From: Antedon mediterranea
Lineage: Eukaryota > Animalia > Echinodermata
Direction: 5' to 3'
NCBI RefSeq assembly: GCF_964355755.1
Contig: NC_092675.1
Span: forward strand, 25,640,912-25,704,911
Length of the DNA stretch: 64,000 nucleotides
The notes below the pieces were generated by a model that ran no database searches, was not told the DNA's origin, and saw only the letters and a program-made list of their open reading frames with translations. The position numbers were made by a program, and so were the translations under genes. Shown here one piece after another: positions 28,816-41,500 of this stretch; the first letter of the stretch is position 1; each line of letters starts with the position of its first letter.

Positions 28816-31387
28816 GAAGCACTACCGAACATGTACATACATGCAAAATGTTAGCAGAAAAGGCAATTGCGTCATCTAACTACGAAATAATATTACTACT
28901 ACTTGACATGACCAGTGCATTTGACACGGTGCGGAGGAATACTCTATTCGACATACTGACACATATATTACAAGATGATGAACTACACATGTTGAAAGTT
29001 TTGATAAACAATGTAAAATTAAGCGTTCGAATTGGAAAACAGACAGGAAAATTGTTTACTACTACACTAGGAGTACCACAAGGTGACTGTATGTCTCCGA
29101 TACTGTTCACACTATACCTAGCAAAGGCACTCGAATCAGCAAACACAACACCACTACCCCTACAACAGCTTAATATCCAGATGCAGTATGCAGATGACAT
29201 TTCATTTATTAGCGACTCAAAAGAACACATAACTAAAATAAAGAAAAATGTAACAGAGAAATTAGCAGAATTCAATCTAAAGATAAACGAAAGTAAAACA
29301 GAAGAATACCTAATAGGAAGAAACACCGATAGTAAATGGGAAGAATGCAAATACCTCGGTAGTAACTTGGACACAGAAAAAGACATTAAAAGAAGAAAAT
29401 CACTAGCAGCTATGGCATATAACAAGCTGAAGTCGTCGCTAGAACACAAAACGATGTCTATAGACGTGAAATCCCGTTTGTTTGACGCATACATAGCAAG
29501 TATTTTCTTATATAACAGTGAACTCTGGGTACTAAACCAAAAATTACAAGAGAGTATAGATATATATCACAGGAAAATGTTGCGAAAGATGATAGATATT
29601 AAAGTAACAGATAGAGTGTGTAACACGAAAATATACGAGATAACAAAACAAGAAGAATGGAGTAAAAGAATTAAACGAAGGAGACTAAAATGGTATGGAC
29701 AAATAATTAGATTACCGGATGATACCCCAATCAAACAAACAATGAAGGAAACTAACAGGAAAGTAAAACGACCCGTAGGAAGACCAAGAAATAACTGGAT
29801 GAATCAAATAAAGAAAGACTTACAAGGACTAGTAGACACTAACACAATAACAAACCATCCTGCCATAAACAGAAAAAAATGGAAACAAATTGTGGAAAGC
29901 TGTGAATTGTTAATGTTATTGTAACTGTTAATTGTTAGTACAAACACCATTGGAAATAAGCTGTGTCAGCTTTACGGATGTTGTTTCGAGTACCGAAACA
30001 AACAAACTGAGTATATCATGTATTTGCATTTTGTGTTTTTTTTTGCGCCTAACGCATGTTAATGTTAATTACTGGTTATTAACAGTGAGTTGTTTGTTTT
30101 AAGCTGAGAGGTTAGCAGGAGCAGAGGTTTGTGTTGGAAATAACAAGGCTCCACCGTTTTCGGGTAATGCACAATGTGCATTGACTATATCACGAATGGA
30201 TGCAATCGCAATAAACCCTATAGAGATGTCATGCAACCCACCTATTTCTGGGCGGTATGTTACTGCATATAAACAGCTTCGAGGATATCTTACATTTATG
30301 TGAAGTAAAGGTTTACACAGGTGAGTACATATTAAACTTAGTAATAAATCCTTTACAGTTATTGCTCACCATCTATGGAATTTCTAAAAAATCATTAAAA
30401 ACAATTGTAGACCTATGCGTACAAAACACACCTTTAGGGCCATTTGTGGAGGAAAAAAACTAAAATTAATACCTATTTATAGTATAGTATTTATCAATAC
30501 TTTAAAGAGCTTAATTTTAAATTAATACTGTTATATCTCTTTTCGCTATTCATCGTGTCCGATAACGGGCTTAGGATCAAAATACGTATTATATGTGTAT
30601 TTGTATGTTCTTCAGATAATAAGGAACCAGATCTAGTGTGTCCTGAACCTATCATAGTTAACAACAGCACCGACCAGTACGAATATCCAGTCACCTGGAA
30701 GAACCCCATAGTAACAGACAATTTGCTTAACGATATATCAGCAACTTGCACACCTGCATCGGGATCCATCTTTGACGTTGGTTCAACAATTGTCACCTGT
30801 TCTGCGACAGATGGTACTGGAAATGTAGGAAGTTGTTCATTCGTTGTCCATGTCATGGATCAGACATATCTTTCTTGTAAGCACTGACTGGCATAACTTT
30901 TAACAGTACGTTAAACACTTATGTTGATGACTGATATTAATTGTAAGCAATAGCAAGAGAAAAGTAGACATTCATAACAATTCAATTCTACTGATTACTA
31001 GGCCTATCATCATTTTTATTGCATCATGGTTTTCCTTATTATTGGCATTATGAAATACATTTAGTTAGATAAACCTTTTTTAAAATTAAATTAAATTCAC
31101 ATATACAAATTATTATATCCAACCCTTAATACTCAATATTTAAATTTATTTTAAAACGTAGGTTTTTCTGATGAGGGCCATAAATTTATTAGCGCTAGTG
31201 GTCAAGTAGCAATTCTCGTAGTCCTATGTATATTCGTTGCTAATTTGGTATTAGCTTTAATTGTGGTTGTCAGGTACAGTAATATTCTGTTATTTTCATT
31301 ATTTTCAATTTTGATTAAAGCTTTTGAATTGGCGAAAGTTCAGAGAGGATGTATCTGGTGGGTAAAAATCTATGATAATATCATAAT

Positions 31388-31452
31388 GGCTCTGTAGTCT
31401 AGTGGTATGATACTCGCCATGTAAGCGAGAGGTTCGAATCCCGCCAGAGACA
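31388..31452 (+). pseudogene. tRNA-derived sequence (SINE head or tRNA pseudogene), duplicate copy with a 7-bp deletion
   Basis: Paralogue of 42687-42758 lacking part of the T stem. Confidence 0.6.
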
Positions 31453-33049
31453 TTTTTTCATACAACTAAAAAATAAAGAACTTTCGCCAATGCTCGACAA
31501 GATTATGAGATCATGTTCCGAATTATGAGCACTGTTTCTATAATTTACAGTATGATTTTTATATAATTTTCACAGTGATACGCAACACATTGATTTATAT
31601 ATATATTTGTAAATATACCGTATGTATGTATGTTTTATAATAATACAAAAAGGCGGATCATTTGGCTGCCCTATTCTCTTTATTTTTTAAGGTTTAAAAA
31701 GGCGTCTAAGAATCATTTGTAAAAAGTAAAAAAAAAAATCCTATACTCTCTCTCCCTTTCAGAACAATGGAATATTAAACAATGTTATTAGATTGCATGC
31801 TATTATTCCTAAAACAATATAATTACTATTATTAATTACTTACAGCAAGTATAATTCCATAAGTTGTTATTTTTCTTTTCATATGACTGTTACTAATTGG
31901 ATGATTTTGAACAAATTATGCTAGTTTATTGAAATTTGTTTTGTTCTTTTTATGTGGGTTTATGCAAATTCTCCAATATTTAACATTGTATAAATGTAAC
32001 AAATAAATAAGAATTAAGCAACAATTTGTTAGCTCAACTTTTTAATACAAATTTATAACTGATGTGTTATTTAGGTACTATAAATGGAAATGGAAATATA
32101 AGTAGGACACATTTACAGTCAGCAAGAAGAAAGAAGATGATGCAATATACTGTTCTGTATTGCAACCATAACCTACTCATTTACTAAGAAAAAAAAAACC
32201 CCATGAGATGGTTGGAAATTACTGTTCACATTTAATTGCTGTGTTTTGATTCTTTTTAAATTTAAACCTAATTCACTAACTGAAAATTTATAATAAGTAT
32301 TGAGTGGCATATTTAGCAATTTTCATTAAAATTTCAGAATTAAAGTTTTTCCTAATTAATATAATTATCCGGTAACATTATAACGGTTGAATTAGTGAAT
32401 CTATGTATTATTTGCTATTGTCTTGCTATGCCATTATTATTGCATTATTTCAAAATCAAACAACTGATAAATCTGGAATGGCACATGCCATACATCTTTA
32501 TTTATATAAAAGTTAGGCATAATTAGTAAAATGTCATTACCAACATAATGTTATTAACCCAAAGAATCTAGAATCATTGTACAGTGTTACTGTGCTTGTG
32601 TTGATATTGTATCTAATACTCCCAACAACAACAACAAATGTTTTTTACGCGTTTCAAGTGAGTATATAGTCAACTTAACATGTAAATACTGCTAAACTAA
32701 TAAATAGTGTAATTTATTATACTGTTAAATACATTGTGAATACACAAACATAATCAAAGAATGGATGTCAACGACTTCCGATGATGATTCTATTTAACAT
32801 CAAAGTTGGAAAAAACTAATATTAACAACCACTTCCTGTAAATCCGAAGACGGATTTGCAGCAAATTATTGTTATTATATTAATATCTTTCAGATACATT
32901 GTGTAGTTTATATTCAAATAGCAGAAGCAAGATAGAAATAAAGTGTTTATAAGCAACTTAGACCTCTGTTCTGTACTCTTACTTGTGGTACCTGTATTCT
33001 TAATAAGCTCTCCGTCCTGGTTAGGCCCTATATATGTATTTGGTAATAA

Positions 33050-33920
33050 GATTCAAGAAGATTCAAGATTTAAGAAATTGTATTGCTCCGTTTAAAATGG
33101 AAATTCATTTTGCTTGGGTGGCATAATTAAGAAAATAATAGACAATAAAAATACAAGAAAAATACATCAAATTGCATAAACACTTAGGCCAATGTTAACA
33201 TACTATTAGAACTATTAAAAATCATTAAATTTTAAAATAAATCTTACAGTATAAAGTTATCGTCGAACACATATGAATGCTATTTACAACAAATGAATTC
33301 CTAGTTCTATTTAGATTGGCTGTTGGTGGTCGTAGTCTAATCTATTAAACTTGTAACAGTTGGATGGGGTCTTTCTTAAGATACACTTCTCGTAAATTAG
33401 TGATTAGATTAGTTAGATCTGCTTTAATGATACGTTGCGCAATTTTACGTGGTCTCTCTATATTTTTCTTATCTTTTTCATTATAATATGATATACCTCC
33501 ATGAGGACGTACTGCCAACAGAGATGCGGAGGTATCAAGAGACGATGTGGCATAACAGTAAAAATAATTATGCAACGTTTTCAGAAAGTTAAGCTCATCA
33601 TTAAATAGCCATGTTTCTTGCAAACAAATAGCATCAAGTCAAGAATCTCCTTCTGTCTAGACTTTAAGTTCTTACAGTTATACGAAACTACTCGGGCATC
33701 ACAAGTTTGGTGTACAGCCATGACTAGTCAGTATAGTTAAATCAGGAGTATATTGCTTATCTTTCAAACCTATTCTAGGCTCATAATATTTACGAATGAT
33801 GGCATTAGCATGCTAGATCGACGGATCAAGTATATTATCTCTCTATATTTAGCATCGCAGCTCACAATGAAAGAAACATATTCGACACTTTAACAGCCAA
33901 AGCACTCACTTGCAGTGACT
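33050..33920 (-). mobile_element. Internally deleted, decayed CR1/L2-group LINE (APE endonuclease start fused to 3' end); duplicated at about 44360-49330
   Basis: LQETWL and RPHGG endonuclease motifs (ORF 33345-33623) run directly into C-terminal-like sequence, with a (TCTTGAA)n-like tail. Confidence 0.6.
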
Positions 33921-34289
33921 GCTCAACGGACCTATTTCCAAGGTATAGACAAAAAGGACCTGTTTTATTAGTTCCACGTTGCGACATTCTGCGGTTGTAG
34001 CGTGGTATAATTATAATGTCCAAACAACTAGATAAAAGGCATCCTTATCGTCGTTTCTTTCAACATAAAATCCATTGAATACGCAATGTCATTAATAAAA
34101 AACTTTTGCAAGGCCTAATGTTTATGTGTGCTAAGACTTTCAGGAACGGAAATAATATAAAGAACAAATAGTCTTTAAAAAGAAACTATTTCTTGATACA
34201 CATTTTTATTAAATATCGGACAACTTTCTTCTGAACAATCTTCAGACATTTAACGCCTATTAAAATAACCACTTAGCCAAAATTAAGCA

Positions 34290-35325
34290 TTTAGTAAAAA
34301 ACAGCATTGACCAGTACGAAGTTCCAATAACCTGTAGTGACTCCACAGTACACCTGCACCGGGATGCATTGCCACTGGGATGCATTCTTTTTTCCCTATT
34401 AGGTTAAGGCAGAAACTATAGAGGGTGTGAATCAACACATAAATATTCATGATGTGACGGCAAACCCTGGAAATAGTTTTCAAACGGTAACCGAAAATGA
34501 TCTCTCGTCGCGTTGCTAGGAAAGCTGCTGCAAAAACATTCACCAACCGTGTAGCCGCACCTACGTACGTATAGTATTAAACATTGTAATGTAGTGCAAA
34601 TGAATTTGATTAAGAACTAATTGGCACTAAAATAACTGATAAAATACTTTTATTGCAACTTTAGGGTTGAATTATACAAAATGACATACATGTTTAATAT
34701 TAGTCTGAACGTTGTACTTTCAGACATAATGAATTATTCCCTATAATATACATGGGAATATCTTTGGCACTGCTAATGCAAAAACAAAATAATTAAGAAT
34801 AAAAACATTATAATAATAATATATGTTGCTTATGTTTATGAAATATTTATTTTTTTGACATCCAACAATGTACATTATTAAATGAATTAATTAAAACTCA
34901 CACATAATCTTAGAATCAATTGTGATTATACAGGTTTAATTATATCATAGCTAGGCCTACATATTAACGGATTCTGCCAAAAAAAAGGAAAGACAATTAA
35001 TTCATCAACGCGACAACATCATACCTCCATGTTCAGGCTATTTAGGCCTAATAGCTAGCGTACGATGTTCGTACGCTACGGCTCTTTACCAGCTATGTAG
35101 CAGGTCTAGTGTCTTTAACAACAACATTGTATGACGTCATGAGCTCAGGCATGCATCATGAATATTGATGATATACGTACGCCCTCTATAGCTTCTGCCT
35201 TAACCTAATAGGAAAACAATAATGCCACCTGGATCAATCTTTGATGTTGGTTCAACTATTGTCACGTGTTCTGCAACCGCTAGAAATGTAGGAAGTTGTT
35301 CGTTTGTTGTCCATGTCATAGGTCA
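34290..35325 (+). pseudogene. Orphan, fragmented HYR exon relic upstream of gene C; duplicate at about 49720-50757
   Basis: 34295-34378 (AACAGCATTGACCAGTACGAAGTTCCA...ACACCTGCACCGGGAT) and 35230-35325 (ATCTTTGATGTTGGTTCAACTATTGTCACGTGTTCTGCAACC...GTCCATGTCATAG|GTCAG) match the two halves of an HYR2 exon. Confidence 0.75.
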
Positions 35326-35478
35326 GAGAATTGATTCAGGAAGATTTTGTTAACAGATGTAAACGTTGTGTTATGTATAAACACGAGTTTACTGAATAAT
35401 CATATTCATACCTATACATACTTCGTAGGGCCTACATTAAATGAAAGTCACACTTTTCCTGTTGAACATTCTTACAAA

Positions 35479-38400
35479 ATGTTTTCGTCAGTATATACCA
35501 TTGTCTGTTTTATGACTTTTCTGCATATGTCGCAATCCAGAATCATTTCATCATGCTATGATACGTTCGAATTAGGTAAGTTATCCTATATCTATTTTCT
35601 CAATCATCTAATTTTATGTACAAATTTAAATAAACAATCGGGAATCAAAATCCAAATTGCGTAACCAATTAACACAGTTTAGTAATAATACTTATATTGG
35701 ACGGTTAAGTTAGGTAACGTTATCCTTAAATGTATTGTATTAGGCTGCTAAATTCATTTATTTCCATCATCATCTAAAGTAAAACAAAAACAAAACCCAA
35801 AACAAAGGAGAAATGAAGTGTTGTAATAAGTATCAACTAATGGTTTAGAATGAATGGTTTAGTGACTTATAGGCCGACACATTGTATTACACGATTTTAG
35901 TCTCCTGTAAAGTATATACATTCTTCTTAAATATTAACAGCGCGATACATAATTTCCAAACTATAACTTTATTGTTCCGAAATTTAACAACGTAAATAGG
36001 TAATTTGGAATGGAAAGAGTGGCAGAATTTCAAAACTTGGATGACAAATGGATTGTCTGTCGTTGGGACGACAGTTAAAATACGCTGCATTTTCAAAATG
36101 TTTACCTTTTAACACAATGCTCATTATGAAAATGTACCATTGATGAATATATAATAACTTTTAAAACGTTGATCAAAATTGTTTAGTGTCAGAGTTCAAA
36201 GAAGCAAGACAAATTTCAAGATATAATGTAGATGCTTTTTCTTCACACGCGGCTGACGGTGGAATAGATGGAACGTACAAGAAACGTTCATGCACGCACA
36301 CACGTAAGTGATAAATTGCAAAATGTTTTAACGAATTATCTATTTTGTAGGATTTTATACATATTCATATAACATAACAATACGTGTAGTAACGTATTTT
36401 TAAGAGCATCGACGGCATGTAAACCATTTCAAAATAAATAGTTTCTAATTCAAACTTTCTTTTCGATCGATCGCAAAGACTTCAGCGCAACGCAGAATAT
36501 AGGAATTGACCAATGACATTCGACTGCTCGAATAATCCGTCAAATCCGTGATGGTATTTTTGTCGTATTTTATGTAATGTAGGCCTAATTGATATTTCTT
36601 TCATTAAAGTTTTAGAGGATAGTACGTGGTGGTATGTTGATCTCGGAACAGAAACAGTAATTTCAAAAATTGTTATATTTAACAGAGACGATTGTTGTGG
36701 TAAGAAGATTAAATATCATATTTGAGTGATTTTTTACTCGGTATTATTCTGAATTCTATTATATTACGTATACTCTAATTTCTATTGCATGCGTGTAAGG
36801 TACACTTTCGTTGAAGAGTTTGTATCTATCCAATTGGACTTCTTGTACCAGTGGTCTAATGGTGGATTCCGAGTTCAAATTTCTTCTCACTCTCTCTCTC
36901 TCCCTCTCTTTCCCCCATATTTCCTCACTTTAGCGTTTAAATTATAAAAACTTTAGTTTATTTATAGGCTTATAATATATATATATATATTATATATAAA
37001 TCAAAGAGCTGCATAGGCAGGATATAGAAAAAAATCAAGATCAAATAAGTTAAAACTGCCTCAATATAGATTTATTTTAACGACATGTTTCGGGCATAGC
37101 CCATCATCAGGTGAAAAGAATTGTAACAAAGGATAACATATATAAGTCACAAAATTACATAATAAAACAAATCAGCCAATCAAAGATGTTAACAAACAAA
37201 AGGCATAGTTATAAAGGCACACCTCCAAAAGCTATGGTGTACGAAGCAGGAATGGTTGCTTATAAAGCAGGAAATTTAAAACAAAGACAAAAGCTTCAAG
37301 TGTAAATAATTGTTAATATGTGAATGTCTCTGGCAAAATTAATGTTTAAAGGATCTAAATTGTACATTTATGCCGGTAGGGGCAAGAGTGCCAAGCTTTA
37401 CAATTATTCTTTCTTCTATAATTCTATGAGATGTCTCAGAACCATTACATACTTTAACACCAGAAATTGTAATATCCGAAAGGGAATGCTCATTATTACA
37501 AAAATGGGTGGCTACAGGTAATCCGGGAGTCTTTAGTTTAATAGACCTTAAATGTTCTACAAACCTATCACCTAACCTGCGTTTAGTTTCACCAATATAA
37601 AGCATATTACATTTAGTACACGAAATACAATAAACTAGATTTCTAGTGGTGCACGTAATACGATCTGTGATAACATAATTACCAGAAGGTCCTACTATTT
37701 GGTTTGAACATGAAACGTAATTACATGTCGAACATCTATTTCTATTACATTTGAATATTCCAGTTGATTCATTACCTTTGTTTTGTAATTTAGATTTAAC
37801 TAAAGTGTCTTTAATGCTTTGATCACGTCTGTAAGCTATCATGGGTGGTTCTTGAAAAATATCTTTTGTAGCGGATTTATCTTCAGTCAAAATTGAAAAG
37901 TTATCGCGGACAATGTTAATAACCTTCTTATTCATAGGATGATACGTGAGGACTAGAGGTATGCGGTCACAAGCATTTGTATTACGTGTAGGTTGCAATG
38001 TGTCCTCGTGCGTTAACTGGCAAACTTTTCTTAGAGATTTCACAGTAATGTCAGATGGATATTCGCGTGCATTGAAAAAATCGATCATCTCAGATGCTTT
38101 GATGTTAAAGTCATCATCATCGCTACATAAACGTCGAAGTTGCGAATACGGTATAGCATTCTTACAAGCTGGAGGATGCGAAGAGTTGTAATTTAGATAA
38201 GTGTGCGCGTCAGTATCTTTGTAGTGGACGGATGTAGAAAGACCAGGTTTATCAATAGATAAACTAATATCAAGGAAAGGCACACACTTGTCAGAAATTT
38301 CATGAGTAAACTTTATAGCAGGATGAAAATTGTTCACGAAGTTAATGAACTCATTAAGTTCATCTAAAGTTCCCGACATAACACCAACACAATCATCAAT

Positions 38401-38537
38401 ATACCGTTTGAATAAATCTGGTTTCTTTCCCTTAAAATCTCGTAACACATTCTGCTCAAAATACCCCATAAAGAGGCAAGCAAAGTTAGGTCCCATTTTT
38501 GTACCCATGCTTATCCCAGAAACTTGCCGAAAAAACT

Positions 38538-38574
<37 letters not shown>

Positions 38575-41500
38575 ATCATTAAATAAGATAATTTATTTCA
38601 GTTTTGTACTTTTTGCATATTTTCAAATGTATATCACTTGCTCGTTGTATTAACCTGTAGTTCTTTCTTTATTTAAGCGGATAGATTATCAGGAGTAGAG
38701 GTTCGTGTTGGCAATAGTCAAGTTTCGCCCTTTTTTAGTAATGCACAATGTAGATCGACTATTTCACGAATGAATGCACTTTTGCATTTTGTGTTTTTTT
38801 TTGCCTAACGCATGGTAATGTTACTGGTTATTAACAGTGAGTTGTTTGTTTTAAGCTGAGAGGTTAGCAGGAACAGAGGTTCGTGTTGGAAATAACAAGG
38901 CTCCACCGTTTTCGGGTAATGCACAATGTGCATTGACTATATCACGAATGGATGCAATCGCAAGAAACCCTATAGAGATGTCATGCAACCCACCTATTTC
39001 TGGGCGGTATGTCACTGTATATAAACAGATTAGAGGATATCTTACCTTATGTGAAGTAAAGGTTTACAAAGGTGTGTACATGGTAATAAAGCTTTCGCTA
39101 TTGTTGCTAAACATCATGTGTACACTTAGACAAATCACATGTTTTTCCACCAAGGTTTACAGAAATCTACGCTGATTCTAATTTCAAAATCACAATTTTT
39201 ACTGCGCATTTCCTAAATATGACCATATCAAAAAACGAAATTATCAAAATACTGTGTACATCAACAATAAATTAATCCTAAATCATTTTTTTTTAATAAA
39301 AGGGCTTTACTTCATTTTTTTTTCAAATCGAGATTGTTTGAGTATTTGATTTGACTAGTATAATTTATGGTATGACCAATATATAATGAATCAGCTTTAT
39401 ATTAGCGGGTACGATTCTCAGATGAAAAGTTTCTTTGATTAAATTTGTGTTTTTGCAAATATAAAACATGTGAAACTACGTGGAATATTTTATATTGATA
39501 TACTCCTAAAAACCAGAATACTACCTGTACATTGAAAAACAAAAACGCGTTTTGGTCAAAAGCGACATTTTGTAGATAAGCTCCTTTTCAACATCGGTCA
39601 GCATAGTTGGGCCTATTTTTATTTTCATTTATTATATTTCTTGTTATTGATCTTCATACAATAAAACCAATAGGTTCAAAAGAAGGAATGTAAACCTCTG
39701 TCATTATCTTTATAGACATTGGAAAACCTAAAGTTATGTGTCCAGATGATATAGTGGTAAATGTTGATAATAATCAGACTTTACATCAAGTTAATTGGAA
39801 TCCTCCTGACGTTTCTGATAATTTCCATACGGATCTTTCGGCAATCTGTTCACCGTCATCAGGTTCTTTATTTCCAGTCGGATTCACCAAAGTTACTTGT
39901 TTAGCTTCTGACGCAACTGGAAACCAAGGAAACTGTTCATTTGTTGTAAATATTGCAGGTCAGGTCAACTATTTATTATTTATAATAATGTATTGTCAAT
40001 ATAATCTGTATGTATTGGTATTTGTTTAACATATATATTTTTCTATATTTGCGATATTTTATATCGTATACATGTCAATTTAATCTATAGGTATGTGTAT
40101 TTGTTCAATATATATACTTCTATATATTTTTATATATTTGCAATATGTTATACCGTAAATACAAATTGTAAGTAGTAGTTGTACTAAGATGACATCGGGT
40201 ATGAAGCGTCTCACATACACACAGAGCCAACATTGCATCTTGGACTTGCACAGTGTATGGACTCTAACCTTACGGTTTCCATTAAATATACCATTTCATG
40301 CTATCATTCTAAATAACTAACTGTACTTTCAACCTATTGCATTCATCTTTTTTTCATTCCATCCATCTTATCTTGGTGAAAAGGGAGGATACTACATTTT
40401 CCTCCCCTGAGTTTATAGCCTCTCTACTCGAACACAAATAAGAACACAAATAAGATAGTTTAACAAGAAAATTTTAATCATGTATTTTACCGCCATTTTT
40501 CATTTCTACATTTAAATTAACATCGTATCTAAAATTTTAAATGAGAAAATGTATTGTTAATACTGAATTCTGGCATCTTATTATGTAAATATACCGGTAT
40601 TTTAACTACTCTAAACACTTACTTTTAATTGTCACAAATGTACTTATATGTATATAATATATTCATCAATGAGAATTTAAATAAACGTGAGAAGAACTCA
40701 CACAAGACAAAAAAAAAATAATGTATTGCGGAATTACAGAGGCCAACTAGCTAGGCATCCATATATGACGTTCGTTCTTATCGTGGTTTCTTTCAACATT
40801 TTCAATTCATTGAATACGCAATGTCATAAATCAAAACTAATTGATAGGCCTAATTTTTATGTGTGCTAAGACTTTCAGGAATGGAAATAAGAACAGATAG
40901 TCTTTAAACAGAAACTATTACATTTTAAATAGACACTATCCAGAAATTAAAAAAATATCGGACAACTTCCTTCTGAACAATATCCAGACACCTAACGCCT
41001 ATTAAAATAACCACCTAGCCTAAATTAAGCATTGAGCCAAGCTGTTTTTGTGGTAAGAGCAGCTAAGTTACTCAGTACGCCGGGGATCAATTTATTAATT
41101 ATAAGTCTTATTTGCACATCGTAATAATATATTATTATTGTATATTAGATAATAAACAACCAGACTTAATCTGTTCCAAACATAATAGTAAAAAAAAACA
41201 CATTGAAGAATAATAATGAAGAAAGAACTATGATCCAAACTGTAGTTGGGCATAAAGGTACAAGTTGTTTGTTTTTTCAGATGATAGAGAACCTGACCTC
41301 ATTTGTCCTGAGCATATCACGGTGGGCAACAATACTGACCAGTACGAAGATCCAGTAACCTGGAGTGACCCGACAGTGACTGACAATTTGCATAAAGACA
41401 TATCAGCAACATGTACACCTGAATTGGGATCAATCTTTGACGTTGGGTCAACTATTGTCACGTGTTCTGCAACGGATGATATTGGAAATGTTGGAAGTTG

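Larger units (their letters stand above)
22270..29900 (+). mobile_element. Truncated RTE-type LINE split by four DNA-transposon insertions, in gene B intron 3
   Basis: Pieces 22270-22631 (LKNNKSPGSD), 25641-25667, 27712-27856 (PKPGK..NIRPIILLS), 28272-28361 (QAAYRRG) and 28816-29900 (LDMTSAFDTV, GVPQGDCMSP, YADD, RPVGRPRNNW) are collinear. Empty site at about 62420-62460. Confidence 0.9.
19574..32171 (+). pseudogene. Gene B: FTP - 1xHYR - TM receptor, probable pseudogene
   Basis: Exons 19574-19670, 20219-20332, 21657-21746, 30104-30320, 30616-30876, 31162-31273 and 32075-32171. Exon 4 is 217 nt versus 216 in C/D/E; a +1 base near 30295 gives TGA at 30301. The tail has CAG>TAG at 32103. The HYR1 and HYR2 exons are missing relative to gene E. 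Confidence 0.82.

Noticed and set aside
41149-41210. Additional HYR exon start (DNKQPDLICSK), also at about 54860
   Set aside because: It is truncated after about 60 nt and frameshifted; it is only a relic.
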